Assembly: GCA_903844735.1 (NCBI GenBank) | Contig: CAIMUX010000087.1 | Coordinates: forward strand, 4,738-68,737 | Length of the DNA: 64,000 nucleotides | From: Candidatus Eiseniibacteriota bacterium | Lineage (GTDB): Bacteria; Eisenbacteria; RBG-16-71-46; CAIMUX01 | Direction: 5' to 3' | Part shown: piece by piece, positions 40,067-51,280 of the stretch | Layout of the letters: each line of letters starts with the position of its first letter | Position numbering within the stretch: the first letter of the stretch is position 1 | Position numbers and translations under genes: made by a program | Notes under the pieces: generated by a model | What the model saw: the letters and a program-made list of their open reading frames with translations, nothing else | What the model was told of the DNA's origin: nothing | Databases searched by the model: none

Positions 40067-40816
40067 ATGAAGGTGAAACTTCTCGGGAGAGCGGACTCGA
40101 AGGATGTGCTGCGAACGATTGGAGGGGCGCAAAGGCGTGTTGAGCGGGGACCTCTTGGGAGCCGGGTTATAGGGACCGGCAATCCCCTCTATCGAGACGC
40201 CTCGAGGCTGGTTGTTATCGGCGCCGATACGAAGCCAATGATGTCCGACATACCCTACGTTTGGGTTTTTCGAGGCTGGGCGCTTCGGGTCGAAGGGGTA
40301 GACGTTGAGGGAGCAAGACTCCTGGTCCGAGGAGCCGTCTTGAAGGCCGAGGGGAAGCGAGCCAAGCATGCCAATCTAGAGCAGAGAGTGAAGCTGTTCG
40401 GGAGCCTGGAGCAGCGGCTGCTGGCAGAGGAGAAGGAGCAGCAGCGGCAGGCCAAGCTGGTGCGGCAACTGAAGGCCGAGCTGAAGCAGAATGAGACCGA
40501 GTTGGAGCATCTGCGGGGGGAACAGCTGGAGCTAAAGGAGGCCAAGCTGGCGCAGCTGCAGGCCGAGGCGGAGGAGCGGAAGCAGATCGAGCTGCAGAGA
40601 GAGGAGCGGCGGCAGAAGGCGGAGCAACGACGGCAAGCAGACCCGGCCAAGGAACAGCTGCGGAAGCAGGCAGCGAAGCAACGGCGAGCCGAGGCGAAGC
40701 TGGCCGAGCAGCAGCGGCGGCGGCAGGCAGACCCGGCATATCGGCAGGAAGCCGAACGGAACGATGAGGAGGAAAGGGAGCGGAGGCGACTCAGACGAAG
40801 TCCGCTGGGCTTCTAA
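40067..40816 (+). CDS. Glu/Arg/Lys/Gln-rich coiled-coil protein with small N-terminal domain
   Basis: AGGAGAGAGG RBS before ATG 40067. The C-terminal 150 aa are low-complexity heptad-like (LEQRLLAEEKEQQRQAKLVRQLKAELKQNETELEHLRGEQLELKEAKLAQLQAEAEERKQIELQREERRQKAEQRRQ...). Confidence 0.45.
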   Translation: MKVKLLGRADSKDVLRTIGGAQRRVERGPLGSRVIGTGNPLYRDASRLVVIGADTKPMMSDIPYVWVFRGWALRVEGVDVEGARLLVRGAVLKAEGKRAKHANLEQRVKLFGSLEQRLLAEEKEQQRQAKLVRQLKAELKQNETELEHLRGEQLELKEAKLAQLQAEAEERKQIELQREERRQKAEQRRQADPAKEQLRKQAAKQRRAEAKLAEQQRRRQADPAYRQEAERNDEEERERRRLRRSPLGF

Positions 40817-40844
40817 CAGCAAGACGCTAAGCCAGCACGCTGAC

Positions 40845-40880
40845 ATGGCGGCCAGGAGGCCAAGAGACCGTTGCCGCCAT
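40845..40880. terminator. Inverted repeat between convergent genes (possible bidirectional terminator)
   Basis: ATGGCGGC ... 20 nt ... GCCGCCAT between the end of 40067-40816 (+) and the end of 40932-43838 (-). No U-tract, so weak. Confidence 0.2.
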
Positions 40881-40931
40881 CCTCCTCATCGCTCCCCTCA
40901 ATGGTCAAGGGACAGTAGCGCCTCCGACTCC

Positions 40932-43838
40932 CTACTCTCCCCCCTCGAACTCCGAATCCCGGAACCCAAGCGTCCTCGCATTCTCTCGAATCGTCCGCTG
41001 GAGATTCTCGTCAAAGCCGGCCGCCGACTCGGCATGGATCTCGACCGTGATCTGCACGTTCACTCCGGGCCGCTCGGTGAAGCGGATCACGAGTTCATCC
41101 ACGAGGTCAGCGAACCTCTTCTTGGCCTGGACGGCATCCAGACTGATGGTCCCGTAGAAGCGTCGCTGTACCGGTGCCTTGGCACCTCCGCCCGTGCGGC
41201 CCGCGCCTCCGCCGGGGCCGAGGCCCCCTCCGCCAGTCCCGCGACCAGTGCCACCGGGGGGGTCCGCGATGACCCCTTCGCCGCCCCCGCCCCCGACCGT
41301 CCCGCCGGGCTTACCCGTGGATGCCGCCGCCTCCGCCGCCGCATACTCCCGCGCCACCCTCGGCTCGATGATCAGCAGCGAGCCATCGAACACCGGCGCG
41401 GGTAGCTTCCCAAAGCTGAACCCCGTGTACTTCCCCGCCTCCTTGCCATACGCAAACCCAAAGAAGTCCGTACTCCCCGCCCCCGCCACCAGCGCCCGCC
41501 GAAACACCTCCTCGTCCTTCAGCCGCGGCAGATACAGGTACTGGCATGTCTTCTGCCACACCTCCAGCGCCCCGACCTCGACGACCTCCGCCTTCCAGAA
41601 CCAGGTCGTCAGCATCTTGGCGAGGTGAATTGGCGCCCACTCACTGATCACGAGCTCGTTCTCTCTGAGCACCAGCGCCAGTTCCTTCCCGAGGTCAGGA
41701 CTGCTGGGGTTGAGCGGGAACGCCTCCCACTTGATCTCGGAGACACCGCCGACTCCCGTGCCCTCGAATGCGGGTGTCCCCCCGGAGGCGGCCTTGACCC
41801 CTTTGGGAGGCAGTGCTTCCTGCATCGGCGCGAGCAGCCACCTGTAGACCTCGCGAACCATCCGGGTCAGTGTTTCGCGGGCCTGCGCCAACGCGGCCTC
41901 GGCGTTCCTTGCCATCAGGTTGTCCAGCACGATCCGGTTGTCCCGGTAGTCATTCACGATCGACTGCCACGCCAGCAGCGTCCGGACCAGATCCTTGAGT
42001 CGGGACACACTGTCGTAATCAGCCGCCAGGAACAGAAGCCGGTTCTGCTTCTGTCGCGGCTGTTCGCCCCGGTGTTTCAGGATCTCCGCGGCGCCTTGAA
42101 TCGCAAGGCCGTGGCCGGCGCGGTTGTAGGCTGCCTCGGTCGGCAAGACCACGAGTCGGAGCGACCAATCATCTGGGATATCCGCGGCGGGGGTGAACAC
42201 ATGGACACCACCGAACAAGCCGGGGGTGAGACTCTTCTGAAGACGCTCCCGGATGACGGGAAGGATGTCCTCCCGGTCCTGGAAGCGCTTCTTCCGCTCC
42301 TCCATTTCGCGGCGGAGGTTCGGCCGGGTGTCGAACCAGTATCGGTCGTTGGCCTGGTTGAGATAGTGCAGCCGGTCGACGAGCCGGTTGAGTGCGTCCT
42401 CGTAGAGGCTGAGCTGCTGGTCGGGCTGCAAGCAGCCAAGCAGGACTTGCCCCACCTCCAGGCCGCGCACTCTTTGTCCCGTGGTCGTGGGGGCACTCCC
42501 GAGGAAGATCGCTCGCGCCGCCCGCCGGCACCCCTGCACGCTCCCCAGGCGCGGTTCCTTGTTTTCGATCTCGGTGGTCTCGGCCCGCTCGCCGTCGATG
42601 TCGCTCTCCACCACCGGGTCCCAGCCCGGCGGCAGGTAGTAGATCACCTCGTTGCGCACGTCGGCGTCGTAGAGGGGCAGGTTGGCCGGGAGGATCAGCA
42701 GGTCGTTGTTCCCATCCTTCCAGAGCCGGTAGATCACCTTGGCCATGAGCTTCAGGACACCGCGTGTGCGCTGGAACGACTCGAGCGTCGACCAGTCCTC
42801 GTACAACCGCCGAAACACTTCTGGGTGGATCGGATAGGCGTCGCGCATCCGAGACGTGTACCGGCTGTCCTGGGTCTCCTGGGGCAGGCTGGGGTTGGCG
42901 ACGTAGAGCTCCGCGAAGGCGCGACAGACGGCATCCGCGGCCGCGGCATCGTTCACCTTCGTGAAGAGACGGCGGCGGACGATCTCGAACGCCTCCTCGG
43001 TTCCGACCGGCTTCCAGAGCGCCTGGACGCGGCCGAAGTAATGCTCCAGGGCGTTCAGTGCTCCCTGTCCGCGTTGGCTTCCGGCCTCGCGGTCCGACTC
43101 GGGAAGTGAGGCAAGCAGCACCGCGCTCGGAACCATCTTCAGCGCTTCGGTAAGCGCCTGGATGAACGAGAGGTTCGAGTCGTAGGTCCCGCCCGCGTAC
43201 GACTTCCCCTCCTCGAATTGCCGGATGTAGGCGACAAGTTCGTCCACGAGGACGACGCACGGGGCGTGGCCGCCGAGCAGCCGGGCCAGGACATCCTTGC
43301 CAGGCGACGTGCCGCTCTCGTCGGCCTCGCGGACCAGGGCGTACCCAGACTCGCCCCCGAGCTGCCAAGCCAGCTCTCCCCAGAGTGTGCGCACGGTGAG
43401 CCCGTCGCGCTTGCGGGGCATGTTCGGGGCCAACTGGTTGCCATCGAGGACGGCGATCGTGGCCCGCGGCAGCTCGGTGATCTTCGCGGCGTCGAGGATG
43501 GGCGGGATGCCGGCAAGGTCGGCGGAACTTGCTGTCCCCTTCGCCAGGTGGTAGACCGCCAGCATGGTGTGCGTCTTGCCGCCGCCGAAGGCGGTCTGAA
43601 GCTGGATCACCGGGTCCCCGCCGCGTCCGGCGATCCGCTTCACGACCGAGTCGAGGAGGAGTTTCATCCCCTCGGTGATGAAGGTGCGCTGGTAGAAGAG
43701 CACCGGGTCTTGGTACTCGGGTGTGGCGGTGCCGTCGTGGACGCGCGAGAGGTCGGCGGCGAACTCGGCTTGCTGGAAGGTGCCCTTCAGGACATCCTCG
43801 TGGGGGATGGCGACTTCGCGCCAGGGTTTCAGGGTCAT
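40932..43838 (-). CDS. DUF499-family P-loop ATPase (defence system component; BrxC/PglY-related)
   Basis: Internal Met [36 protein letters not shown] matches my recollection of conserved DUF499 N-termini. Walker [19 protein letters not shown]. About 969 aa from 43838, and the ATG overlaps the stop of the upstream gene (43835). The 160-aa G/R-rich N-terminal extension in the six-frame ORF is rejected. Confidence 0.65.
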   Translation of the reverse strand: MTLKPWREVAIPHEDVLKGTFQQAEFAADLSRVHDGTATPEYQDPVLFYQRTFITEGMKLLLDSVVKRIAGRGGDPVIQLQTAFGGGKTHTMLAVYHLAKGTASSADLAGIPPILDAAKITELPRATIAVLDGNQLAPNMPRKRDGLTVRTLWGELAWQLGGESGYALVREADESGTSPGKDVLARLLGGHAPCVVLVDELVAYIRQFEEGKSYAGGTYDSNLSFIQALTEALKMVPSAVLLASLPESDREAGSQRGQGALNALEHYFGRVQALWKPVGTEEAFEIVRRRLFTKVNDAAAADAVCRAFAELYVANPSLPQETQDSRYTSRMRDAYPIHPEVFRRLYEDWSTLESFQRTRGVLKLMAKVIYRLWKDGNNDLLILPANLPLYDADVRNEVIYYLPPGWDPVVESDIDGERAETTEIENKEPRLGSVQGCRRAARAIFLGSAPTTTGQRVRGLEVGQVLLGCLQPDQQLSLYEDALNRLVDRLHYLNQANDRYWFDTRPNLRREMEERKKRFQDREDILPVIRERLQKSLTPGLFGGVHVFTPAADIPDDWSLRLVVLPTEAAYNRAGHGLAIQGAAEILKHRGEQPRQKQNRLLFLAADYDSVSRLKDLVRTLLAWQSIVNDYRDNRIVLDNLMARNAEAALAQARETLTRMVREVYRWLLAPMQEALPPKGVKAASGGTPAFEGTGVGGVSEIKWEAFPLNPSSPDLGKELALVLRENELVISEWAPIHLAKMLTTWFWKAEVVEVGALEVWQKTCQYLYLPRLKDEEVFRRALVAGAGSTDFFGFAYGKEAGKYTGFSFGKLPAPVFDGSLLIIEPRVAREYAAAEAAASTGKPGGTVGGGGGEGVIADPPGGTGRGTGGGGLGPGGGAGRTGGGAKAPVQRRFYGTISLDAVQAKKRFADLVDELVIRFTERPGVNVQITVEIHAESAAGFDENLQRTIRENARTLGFRDSEFEGGE

Positions 43839-45391
43839 GGGTTGGATCCCTTTCGTTGAACTGCGGGGTGCCTCGTCTGGCTGGCCAAGGTCTTCTGACC
43901 CTTCTTCGTCAGGCGGTACTTCTGCAGGCGGCTGTTGGGCTTGTCGGGGACCGTGAACTCGACACGTGCGCCTGTCAGGAGCGTCTTCAGCACAACCTTG
44001 AGCTGTCCAGAGACCCGTTCCTGCCCCAGTTGCTTCGAGATGACCGCGATGGGAAGGGCACCGTTGCTCAACAGAGCCAGAACGCGGTCTTCCAGTGACT
44101 GGTACTGGACTGGTACTGGACTGGTACTGGACTCCGGCTGTGTCTCCGGCCGTGACCCTACCCCCGACTCCACCTTTGCCCCTACCTCGGCACCAGCCGT
44201 CTCCCCCACGCGCACCCGGAAGGTCACCACCGCCGCCCCGGTGATCTCCTCGAACTTCGGCTGAGCGATCCCCGCGTCGCGGCACATTTCGACCACGCGG
44301 TTCGTCCCGCGCCCCCACTTCTCGATGAGGCCGGTTCGATGGAAGACGTCCGCAATCAGTGGGTTCCGCTGGACCGACAGGTGGTTCTGCGTCAGGGATC
44401 GGGGCGTGATGCCCTTGGGAAAACCTCCCGCGCTCCAGACCTCCACGCGATCGTCGAAGATCGCCAGCGAAACCGCGCCCCCCGCGATGGAGTAGTCGCG
44501 GTGGATGAGGGCGTTGACCAGGATCTCCCGCATGGCGTCCGGTGGGATGAGCAGCGTTTCCACCCGCCTCATTTGGCCCGGGACGATCCTCGCGGGCATC
44601 GGGAAATGGCGCTGGCAGAAGATCTCTGCTTCCTCCAAGAGCTTGAATGCCGGGCCGCGCACCTGGCGCTGGTCAAGGAACTCGGTCTTGGTCGTCCCCC
44701 GGAAGCGGGCCATGCGAAGCTCGCACTGCGGGTAGTCCGGCATGAACGTCTTGCCAAAGAGGACCACCGCGCCCTGGAGGATGCGGCCATCCGTGCGGAG
44801 ACCCAGCCGGGTCAGCACATCGGGAAGGCTCCGGCCCACGGGTCCGACCAGACGTCCGACCGAGCGGGCGATGTCCACGATGCGGAAGACCTCATCGCGG
44901 TCGATGCCCTTGATGGCCATCCCCTCGGCGGGCTCGTTTTCCCAGCGCCGCTTCGTGTGGGCGCGGGCGAGGAGGAGATTCTCGTACTTCTCCTGGGACA
45001 TCTTGCGCGTGGTGCTGGCTACCCGTTCATACGGGCGACCATCGAAGGTGAACGGAGCCGAATCCAGGGTCTTCGTGGTGCGAAGAATCAGAATCTCCCG
45101 TCCGTTCTCCAACGACAGCCGTTCTATCGGGAGATCCACCGGCGGCTCGAAGCGCTCAAACGCCTGCGCGATATCGCGGAGCGTCTGATCCGAGACCTGC
45201 TGCCCCTCGGGCTGACCGTCGGGACGGACCCCGAAGAGCACCATCCCGCCCGAGCCGTTCAGGAAGGCGCAGATGGTCTGCAAGCCCTCGCGCAGTTCGC
45301 CGGTCGAGCGCTTGATCTCCAGGTTCGGACCCTCTCCCGGTTTCAGGAGCCGGGCGAGGTCGTTCTCACTCGCGGGGATCTTCGGGATCAT
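43835..45391 (-). CDS. AlbA_2 (Schlafen-like 'divergent AAA') + HATPase_c_4 + C-terminal wHTH protein, paralog 1 (embedded in defence locus)
   Basis: 518 aa. N-terminal [44 protein letters not shown] (AlbA_2 family), then a GHKL-like region ([14 protein letters not shown]...GRGTNRV). The linker is encoded by a 12-nt x3 tandem repeat ([11 protein letters not shown]). The C-terminal HTH is diverged from paralog 2. Confidence 0.6.
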   Translation of the reverse strand: MIPKIPASENDLARLLKPGEGPNLEIKRSTGELREGLQTICAFLNGSGGMVLFGVRPDGQPEGQQVSDQTLRDIAQAFERFEPPVDLPIERLSLENGREILILRTTKTLDSAPFTFDGRPYERVASTTRKMSQEKYENLLLARAHTKRRWENEPAEGMAIKGIDRDEVFRIVDIARSVGRLVGPVGRSLPDVLTRLGLRTDGRILQGAVVLFGKTFMPDYPQCELRMARFRGTTKTEFLDQRQVRGPAFKLLEEAEIFCQRHFPMPARIVPGQMRRVETLLIPPDAMREILVNALIHRDYSIAGGAVSLAIFDDRVEVWSAGGFPKGITPRSLTQNHLSVQRNPLIADVFHRTGLIEKWGRGTNRVVEMCRDAGIAQPKFEEITGAAVVTFRVRVGETAGAEVGAKVESGVGSRPETQPESSTSPVPVQYQSLEDRVLALLSNGALPIAVISKQLGQERVSGQLKVVLKTLLTGARVEFTVPDKPNSRLQKYRLTKKGQKTLASQTRHPAVQRKGSNP

Positions 45392-45486
45392 GCAGCCTCC
45401 ACTTCAGCCGCGGACGGTCACGACCACAGTGTCCGTGGTCTCAATGCATTCCACCGCGGCGATGCCCGGTCTGTCGATCCAGCTCG

Positions 45487-46971
45487 TCACGGGACCACCT
45501 CCCAGCGTCCGCCCTTGTCGGGCCCGATTCGGCGGACTCGATTCTGCCCCTGAAGTGTCCTGAGATTGCGTTCAATCGTCCTGGCACTGACGCCGATAGC
45601 CGCGGCCAGATCGGCGATGGTGGCATCCGGGTGGTCGGCCAGCATGGAGAGAATGCGGCCCGGGGTCTTCTTGGCCGTTTTCTCCGACATTTCCTCCGAC
45701 GTTTTCTCCGACGTTTTCTCCGACCTCTTCTCCCGACCCTCCTCTGGTAGGTTCCCGGGGCGCGCCGGAACGATCGGGGCCCGAAACGTCACCACGACCC
45801 AACCTTCGCGCTCCTCGAACAGCGGCGGGGGAACGCCGTGAGCCAGGCACTCCGCGATCACCCGGTTCGTACCACGCCCCCAAACCTCCACCGCCCCTGT
45901 CCGGTGAAAGGCTTCGGCGATCAGCGGATTGCGAAGTTCGGATCCGTGCGACGTCGATAGCTGTTCCACCGTCACGCCGGTCGGCAGGCGGCCGTAGCTG
46001 CGGATTTCGACCCGGTCGTCAAAGACGACGATGGCGACATGACCTCCGTAGTAGGAATAGTCCCGGTGCATGACGGCGTTGAGCAGGATCTCCCGCAGGG
46101 CGTTCGGAGGAACCGGAAAGCGATCTTCCCGGAAGATCTGGCCCTCGGGAAAACGCGCCCCCAGAGGGAGCGTTCGCTCGAGGAAAGCCATGCCCTCGCG
46201 GACCATGGCGAAGGCATGGATGTGTTCCTGGCGATTGTCCACGATCTCGCCGGTGATCTCCGTGCCACGGAAACGCCCCATCTTCAGGTGGCACTGGGGA
46301 CAGTCCGACAGGAAGCTCTTCCCGTAGAGAACAAGGGCGGCCTGCGTGAGAACCCCGCCCACCCGCAATCCCAGCCGGTCCAAGATGTCGCCCGCGTCTC
46401 TGCTTGTGTCTGCGGAGATCCGGCTCTGCTGAACGGCCAGGTCCCGAGTGCGCAGAATCTCCTCGCGGTCCAAGTCGTCGAGCGTCAGCCCCTCCGAAGG
46501 GAGGTTTTCCCACCGTCGTTTGGCGTGTCCCCGCTCCAGGAGAAGCCGTTCATACGTCTCCTGTGACATCTTGCGCGTGGTGCTGGCGATCCGCTCATAG
46601 GGACGGCCATCGAAGGTGAACGGAACCGAATTCGAAGCCCCTGCAACGCGGAGAATCAGGACCTCCCGTCCGTTCTTCAGAGACAACCGCTCTATCGGGA
46701 GACTCACCGGCGGCTCGAACCGTTCGAGCGCCTGCGCGATGTCGCGCAGCGTCTGATCGGAAACCTGCTGTCCCTCGGGCTGACCATCGGGACGGACTCC
46801 GAAGAGCACGATCCCGCCCAGACCGTTCAGAAACGCACAGATCGTCTGCAGGCCCTCGCGTAACTCGCCCGTCGAGCGCTTGATCTCCAGGCTGGGCCCC
46901 TCTCCCGGTTTCAGGAGCAGGGCGAGCTCCTCCTCGCTCGCGGGGGATCTCGGGATCAAGGCAACCTCCAC
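45487..46971 (-). CDS. AlbA_2 (Schlafen-like) + HATPase_c_4 + wHTH protein, paralog 2
   Basis: 494 aa. The first roughly 300 aa are near-identical to paralog 1 at protein and DNA level. The linker is encoded by a 15-nt tandem repeat (EKRSEKTSEKTSEEMSEKTAKK). C-terminal wHTH (ADLAAAIGVSARTIERNLRTLQ). Confidence 0.6.
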   Translation of the reverse strand: MEVALIPRSPASEEELALLLKPGEGPSLEIKRSTGELREGLQTICAFLNGLGGIVLFGVRPDGQPEGQQVSDQTLRDIAQALERFEPPVSLPIERLSLKNGREVLILRVAGASNSVPFTFDGRPYERIASTTRKMSQETYERLLLERGHAKRRWENLPSEGLTLDDLDREEILRTRDLAVQQSRISADTSRDAGDILDRLGLRVGGVLTQAALVLYGKSFLSDCPQCHLKMGRFRGTEITGEIVDNRQEHIHAFAMVREGMAFLERTLPLGARFPEGQIFREDRFPVPPNALREILLNAVMHRDYSYYGGHVAIVVFDDRVEIRSYGRLPTGVTVEQLSTSHGSELRNPLIAEAFHRTGAVEVWGRGTNRVIAECLAHGVPPPLFEEREGWVVVTFRAPIVPARPGNLPEEGREKRSEKTSEKTSEEMSEKTAKKTPGRILSMLADHPDATIADLAAAIGVSARTIERNLRTLQGQNRVRRIGPDKGGRWEVVP

Positions 46972-46989
46972 TTCAGCACGGGATCCTCC

Positions 46990-49881
46990 TCAGATATCCA
47001 GATCTGTCTGCGTCCCCACCTGCCCCGCCCGATGCGAAGCCGCCTCAATCGCCGCCCATGTCGTAATCAGCTCGTTGCACGCCCGCGCATCCTCCGCCCA
47101 CCCCTTGCGCTCACATAGCGTATACAGCCGATACGCCAACTGCCGAATCGGCTCCATCCGCCCCGGCATCCGCGCCACCAGCGCCCCCGCCGCCATCTCT
47201 CCACCGGAGGTCAGCGCCCGCAGAAGGTGGTGCATCGCCTCCCAGATCGGCGTGCGCTGATCGTGCTCCGGCGACCAGTCGGTCGGGTACTCGGCGGGCC
47301 GCAACAGACGCACGGAACCCCGGCCCGAGGCGACGACCCCGGCTTGTACAACCCCTTCGACGCTGGTCCCCTTGGCGCGGGCGAGCACGTCGGCCTCGCC
47401 GAACTTTCCCTCGTCCCAGGCGTGCTCCTCGAACCAGTGCAGGCAGAACCTCGTGTCGGCGTCGAAGTCGTCCTCCGAGAAGAAGCGGTTTATGAGCTGC
47501 AGTGCGGTGCGCACGCTCATCGGCGTACCGTCGGCCTCCAGGACCGCGGTGTACTTCGAGAAGACGGCCATGCCCGGGCCGATGATCGCCTGGGAGAGGT
47601 CCACCGGCGCCACCGGCGAGTACTCGGCCCCGCGCGTCATGTCATCGAGGGCCTCAGGGAGAGCGGCATTGAGCTCGCGAAGGAACTCCCGCCGGGAGAC
47701 CGAAGGGGCGGTAGCCTCGCGACGGCGGCAGACGATGATGATGCTGGAGGCAAGGACGTTGGTGCCCGAGCCAATCATGCGGTTGCCTAGTTCTGTCCGC
47801 ATCGGCCAAGTGCCGCTTACGGAGAAACCAGCGCGAATCACCGCTTCGAGGAAGGTTTCCCAGCCAGTACTGGCAGTCCCTTCGGTGCATTCGGTTTCCG
47901 ATTGCTTGAACGCGTAGTAGATCGTGACCGGAAACGCTCGATGGGCGTGCTCGGCCAGGCGGTGCATCGCCTGCGTCATGCCGTCGAGGAAGAAGGTTTC
48001 GGCCTTCTCCTTGCTGCCGTGGCGATAGGGCGTGGCTACCAGCTCCTCGGCCTTGGGTACCACCAGCGTGGCGAAGAGGTCCGGAAAGACGGGCTTCAAC
48101 GACCGGCGCAGCCAGACGTAGAAGAAGTCCGACAGGTCGGCGTAGCCGATGTTGTCGTAGTAGGGTGGGTCGGTAGAGATGACCGAGCCATCGGTGATTG
48201 TCTGGGACTGCGCGTCTGCCTGAACCGCATATCCCGCCAGCGTAGCAGGCAACTGGTCTACCACACGCATCATGTTCTTGAGAGAGACGAGCGGATCACC
48301 GGCCATGTCACCGAAGGCATTGGCCTCGGAGTAGTCCCAAACCATCGGCAGCGCTTGCCGTCCGAATGTTGCGATGGACTGATCCATAGTGGTCTTCCAG
48401 CGACAAAGTGATGACTGGGCATCGGACATCTTGCTGATCGCCATCCCGAGATACACCCCCACCGCATCCGAGTAAGCAGTGGCGCCGGTGCCGCCAGCGT
48501 CGAGACTCTTCCCGTCATCGGCGAGGCCAGCGGCAAGGGCGTCGTGCCTCACACGCTCGCGCGCTTCCGAGACCAGATCGGCGAAGGTCGTCAGCGCCAC
48601 GAGCTGACGTGGGGTGAAGAGGTCGGCAAACGTCATTAGACCGTAGTTCGGCGTCTTGAAGTCACGCGGGTTCACGGGCAAAGCGACTTCCGGTCTCCAC
48701 TCCGGCTTCGCCGTGCGCGCCACCGCCTCCATCTCCAAGGTTGGCGGCAGATAGATCCGCCCGCGTCCGCCCTCTGCGACGATGGCCATGAGTCGTGCGC
48801 CCATTTGGCCAGACTTGCCCGCCTCGCGGATGTGATCGTAGGGCACCGGGACACCCGACATTAGGCAACGGAAGGCGGCGCGCTTGCCAGCCGTGGTGCC
48901 GAGCTTCGCAGCCTCGGCGTCCTTCGGGCTGCCCACCTTCACTGTGAAGCGGTAGCCGCCGCCGCCGACTACTGGCTCGACATACGTTTCCTTGCCCGCC
49001 TTCGTGGAGAGCATGAAAGTGGAGACAAGCGGCACGTCGATCTCCGAGTACGCTGGGTTGGGACTCTTCACAGTCCGCGCCCAGAGCCACGCGATGACGT
49101 TGAGCTTCTGGCCAACCAGCGGTTTCAGATCCGGCCGCGGATTGCCCGGATCGCGGACCATCTCCGCGGTAATCGCGACCTTCGGGTACAGGTGGCCGAT
49201 CCGCTTCTCGGCCTCGCCCCACATGAAACCGCCGTAGTACCGCACATCCTCTGCCAAACCCTGCGCGCCGCGCCAGTTCCTCGCGACAAGTGATTTCTCA
49301 CTACGGGCCGCTGGGTTCACCGGCCGTCTCCCGGCGAACTTCGGCGGGATCTCGATCATCGCCTTGTTGATCAGCACTGCCACCGGGTTCAGGTCGCTGG
49401 CGTGGGCTTCCAGCCCCAGCCGCTGCGCCTCCAGCGGCAGCGCACCTCCTCCCGCGAACGGATCGTGGAACGCCGGAAGGTGGTCCGGATCGAACAGCGT
49501 AGCGGCTTGCGGATGGTCGCGGTTCAGGTGGCAGGTCTCCCGCCAGCTCCGGCGGATCTCCGCGCGGGCTTCCTCCAGCACCTCCTCGTTCGTAGTGTTC
49601 TCCCAAAGCACGAGCTTGCGGATGATTCCGAAAAGCCGTTCCCGCTCGCTAGCGGCCTCCTTCTTGTTGACTCCGCGGCCCAGACCACGTTCGTAGCCAG
49701 GGTCGTTCACCATCTGCGCGAAGATCACGGCGCGAGCCGCAGCGAGGGGCCGCCGCGCCCACCAGAGGTGCAGCGTCGAAGGATGCCCGTGACGGATCGA
49801 CTTTTCCTTCGCAGCAGCGACATTGATGTCATCCAGCGGCAGGGCGACCTCGATGAGCTTCTTGGGGCACTTGACGGTCAT
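46990..49881 (-). CDS. DUF1156-domain DNA methyltransferase (DPPY-type N6-adenine/N4-cytosine)
   Basis: Internal Met [52 protein letters not shown], with [11 protein letters not shown] recalled as DUF1156. AdoMet motif [13 protein letters not shown] and catalytic [21 protein letters not shown]. The start ATG overlaps the stop of the CBS-HEPN gene (49878-49881). Confidence 0.7.
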   Translation of the reverse strand: MTVKCPKKLIEVALPLDDINVAAAKEKSIRHGHPSTLHLWWARRPLAAARAVIFAQMVNDPGYERGLGRGVNKKEAASERERLFGIIRKLVLWENTTNEEVLEEARAEIRRSWRETCHLNRDHPQAATLFDPDHLPAFHDPFAGGGALPLEAQRLGLEAHASDLNPVAVLINKAMIEIPPKFAGRRPVNPAARSEKSLVARNWRGAQGLAEDVRYYGGFMWGEAEKRIGHLYPKVAITAEMVRDPGNPRPDLKPLVGQKLNVIAWLWARTVKSPNPAYSEIDVPLVSTFMLSTKAGKETYVEPVVGGGGYRFTVKVGSPKDAEAAKLGTTAGKRAAFRCLMSGVPVPYDHIREAGKSGQMGARLMAIVAEGGRGRIYLPPTLEMEAVARTAKPEWRPEVALPVNPRDFKTPNYGLMTFADLFTPRQLVALTTFADLVSEARERVRHDALAAGLADDGKSLDAGGTGATAYSDAVGVYLGMAISKMSDAQSSLCRWKTTMDQSIATFGRQALPMVWDYSEANAFGDMAGDPLVSLKNMMRVVDQLPATLAGYAVQADAQSQTITDGSVISTDPPYYDNIGYADLSDFFYVWLRRSLKPVFPDLFATLVVPKAEELVATPYRHGSKEKAETFFLDGMTQAMHRLAEHAHRAFPVTIYYAFKQSETECTEGTASTGWETFLEAVIRAGFSVSGTWPMRTELGNRMIGSGTNVLASSIIIVCRRREATAPSVSRREFLRELNAALPEALDDMTRGAEYSPVAPVDLSQAIIGPGMAVFSKYTAVLEADGTPMSVRTALQLINRFFSEDDFDADTRFCLHWFEEHAWDEGKFGEADVLARAKGTSVEGVVQAGVVASGRGSVRLLRPAEYPTDWSPEHDQRTPIWEAMHHLLRALTSGGEMAAGALVARMPGRMEPIRQLAYRLYTLCERKGWAEDARACNELITTWAAIEAASHRAGQVGTQTDLDI

Positions 49882-50723
49882 GGATTCCTTTCTCGCTGGG
49901 ACGACTCTGCCCGCGCGAGCAGTTCGTCGCGCGTCCCGCACTCCGACTTCAGAATGTCGAACAGGCTGATCCACTTCTCCGCCGCCAGCACTCGGGCGAT
50001 GCACGCATCAAAACCGAAGTTGTTCGCATGAGCCAGGCCGTTTCTCAACTTCTCGATGCCGACTAGCTCCCGCTTGAACCCCGTCACTTGCTCTCTGCCC
50101 CATAGTGCCAGGCGGCCGACGACCTTGCGCTTGTCGCAGAACTCCGACGCCTCTATGAGATCTACATCCTCGGAATTAGCTCCCAGCTTCTCCCAACGCT
50201 CCACAAGATCACTTTCGCGTTTCTTAGTAAGAGTCGATAACCACTTCTTGCTTGGCGATGGATACACGAGCCGCATCACGTCTGCCATCTGCATTTCCAG
50301 GTGCGTGATCACGGCAAACGCCAGGAGGCGCACGGGGAGCTTCTGCAAGTCACTTCGGGTTACGATTCCACATGCACCCTGGCCAGTGTGCACTAACGCG
50401 TACGGAGTGTTTCCGGCTTCACGAAGGTAGGTGATTAGAGGCGTCTCCGCAGCGACCAAGCGAACTTCACGAAACGCCTTCATCTGTGAACCTGCGTCGC
50501 CGTCGTCGCTCGTGGTCTTCAGATGCAGCACACCTACAATCTTACGGCCACGCTTCACCGGAACATGGTCGATTACCTGCGGAGACATACTTCGGCGAAC
50601 CTCTCCAACCAGATCGTCGGCCTTGCAGGTCACGAGACCAAATAACGCAATGTGGCGGACATGGAGACCGGTTTCAAGCCCTCTGAGCGTCTCCTCACAC
50701 ACGCTGCTACTTGCCGCCCTCAT
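49878..50723 (-). CDS. CBS-pair + HEPN-domain protein (embedded in defence locus)
   Basis: ATG 50723 is preceded by AGGAGG at -7. Two CBS-like units ([20 protein letters not shown]; [20 protein letters not shown]). The C-terminal [10 protein letters not shown] fits the HEPN R-x4-H motif. Confidence 0.55.
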   Translation of the reverse strand: MRAASSSVCEETLRGLETGLHVRHIALFGLVTCKADDLVGEVRRSMSPQVIDHVPVKRGRKIVGVLHLKTTSDDGDAGSQMKAFREVRLVAAETPLITYLREAGNTPYALVHTGQGACGIVTRSDLQKLPVRLLAFAVITHLEMQMADVMRLVYPSPSKKWLSTLTKKRESDLVERWEKLGANSEDVDLIEASEFCDKRKVVGRLALWGREQVTGFKRELVGIEKLRNGLAHANNFGFDACIARVLAAEKWISLFDILKSECGTRDELLARAESSQRERNP

Positions 50724-50797
50724 GACACAGCCTCCTATTCATCAACAAGCATCGGTCGGCATTCTCCGGACAAGCCCGTGGACCGGTGCTGCCCGCT

Positions 50798-51280
50798 TCA
50801 TTCGTCATCATCAGGGTCAGGTCTTTCCAGGTCGATCATGAATCCCTTCGACACATCCTGGGCGATGATCGCACCCGCCACGTCGCCGATCCGAGGCGGC
50901 GCGGCCGCATCCGGGTACTCTGCAAGGATCCTGGCATGGAGAGCGTCCGCCCCGGCCCGATCCAAGCTCAGAAAGTACCCGGCGCCCATGCACATGGGAC
51001 AGATGGCATACGAGTTATCGGCCGGCTGATCCAGGAGACCGTTCCCCTTGCAGTAGAAACACCTCGTGCGGCACTCCGCATACAGACGGTCAGCAAGGGG
51101 GCGATGAGGCCCGACAGGCCGGAGGCCATAGATATTCTGGTAGACGGCCATGGACTCGAGTCGATCGTACTGCCACCCCACGTACTCGCCCGGCCTGCCA
51201 CACGTCGAACACAATTCCGACGTGGTCAGAATCTCTCCGTCTTCGGCACAGCACGTGTACCGCCACCTCTTCATCGGCAT
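50798..51280 (-). CDS. Cys-rich zinc-ribbon protein (embedded in defence locus)
   Basis: 160 aa with paired CxxC motifs (CSTC, C-x3-C-x2-C in [18 protein letters not shown]). Its start overlaps the helicase gene end by 10 nt. Confidence 0.5.
   Translation of the reverse strand: MPMKRWRYTCCAEDGEILTTSELCSTCGRPGEYVGWQYDRLESMAVYQNIYGLRPVGPHRPLADRLYAECRTRCFYCKGNGLLDQPADNSYAICPMCMGAGYFLSLDRAGADALHARILAEYPDAAAPPRIGDVAGAIIAQDVSKGFMIDLERPDPDDDE

Noticed and set aside
40932-44318. 1128-aa version of the DUF499 gene and 942-aa version (36416-39244) of the lipoprotein gene
   Set aside because: The N-terminal extensions are G/R-rich junk that overlap upstream genes. Internal Met residues coincide with conserved family N-termini or signal peptides and with upstream stop codons.
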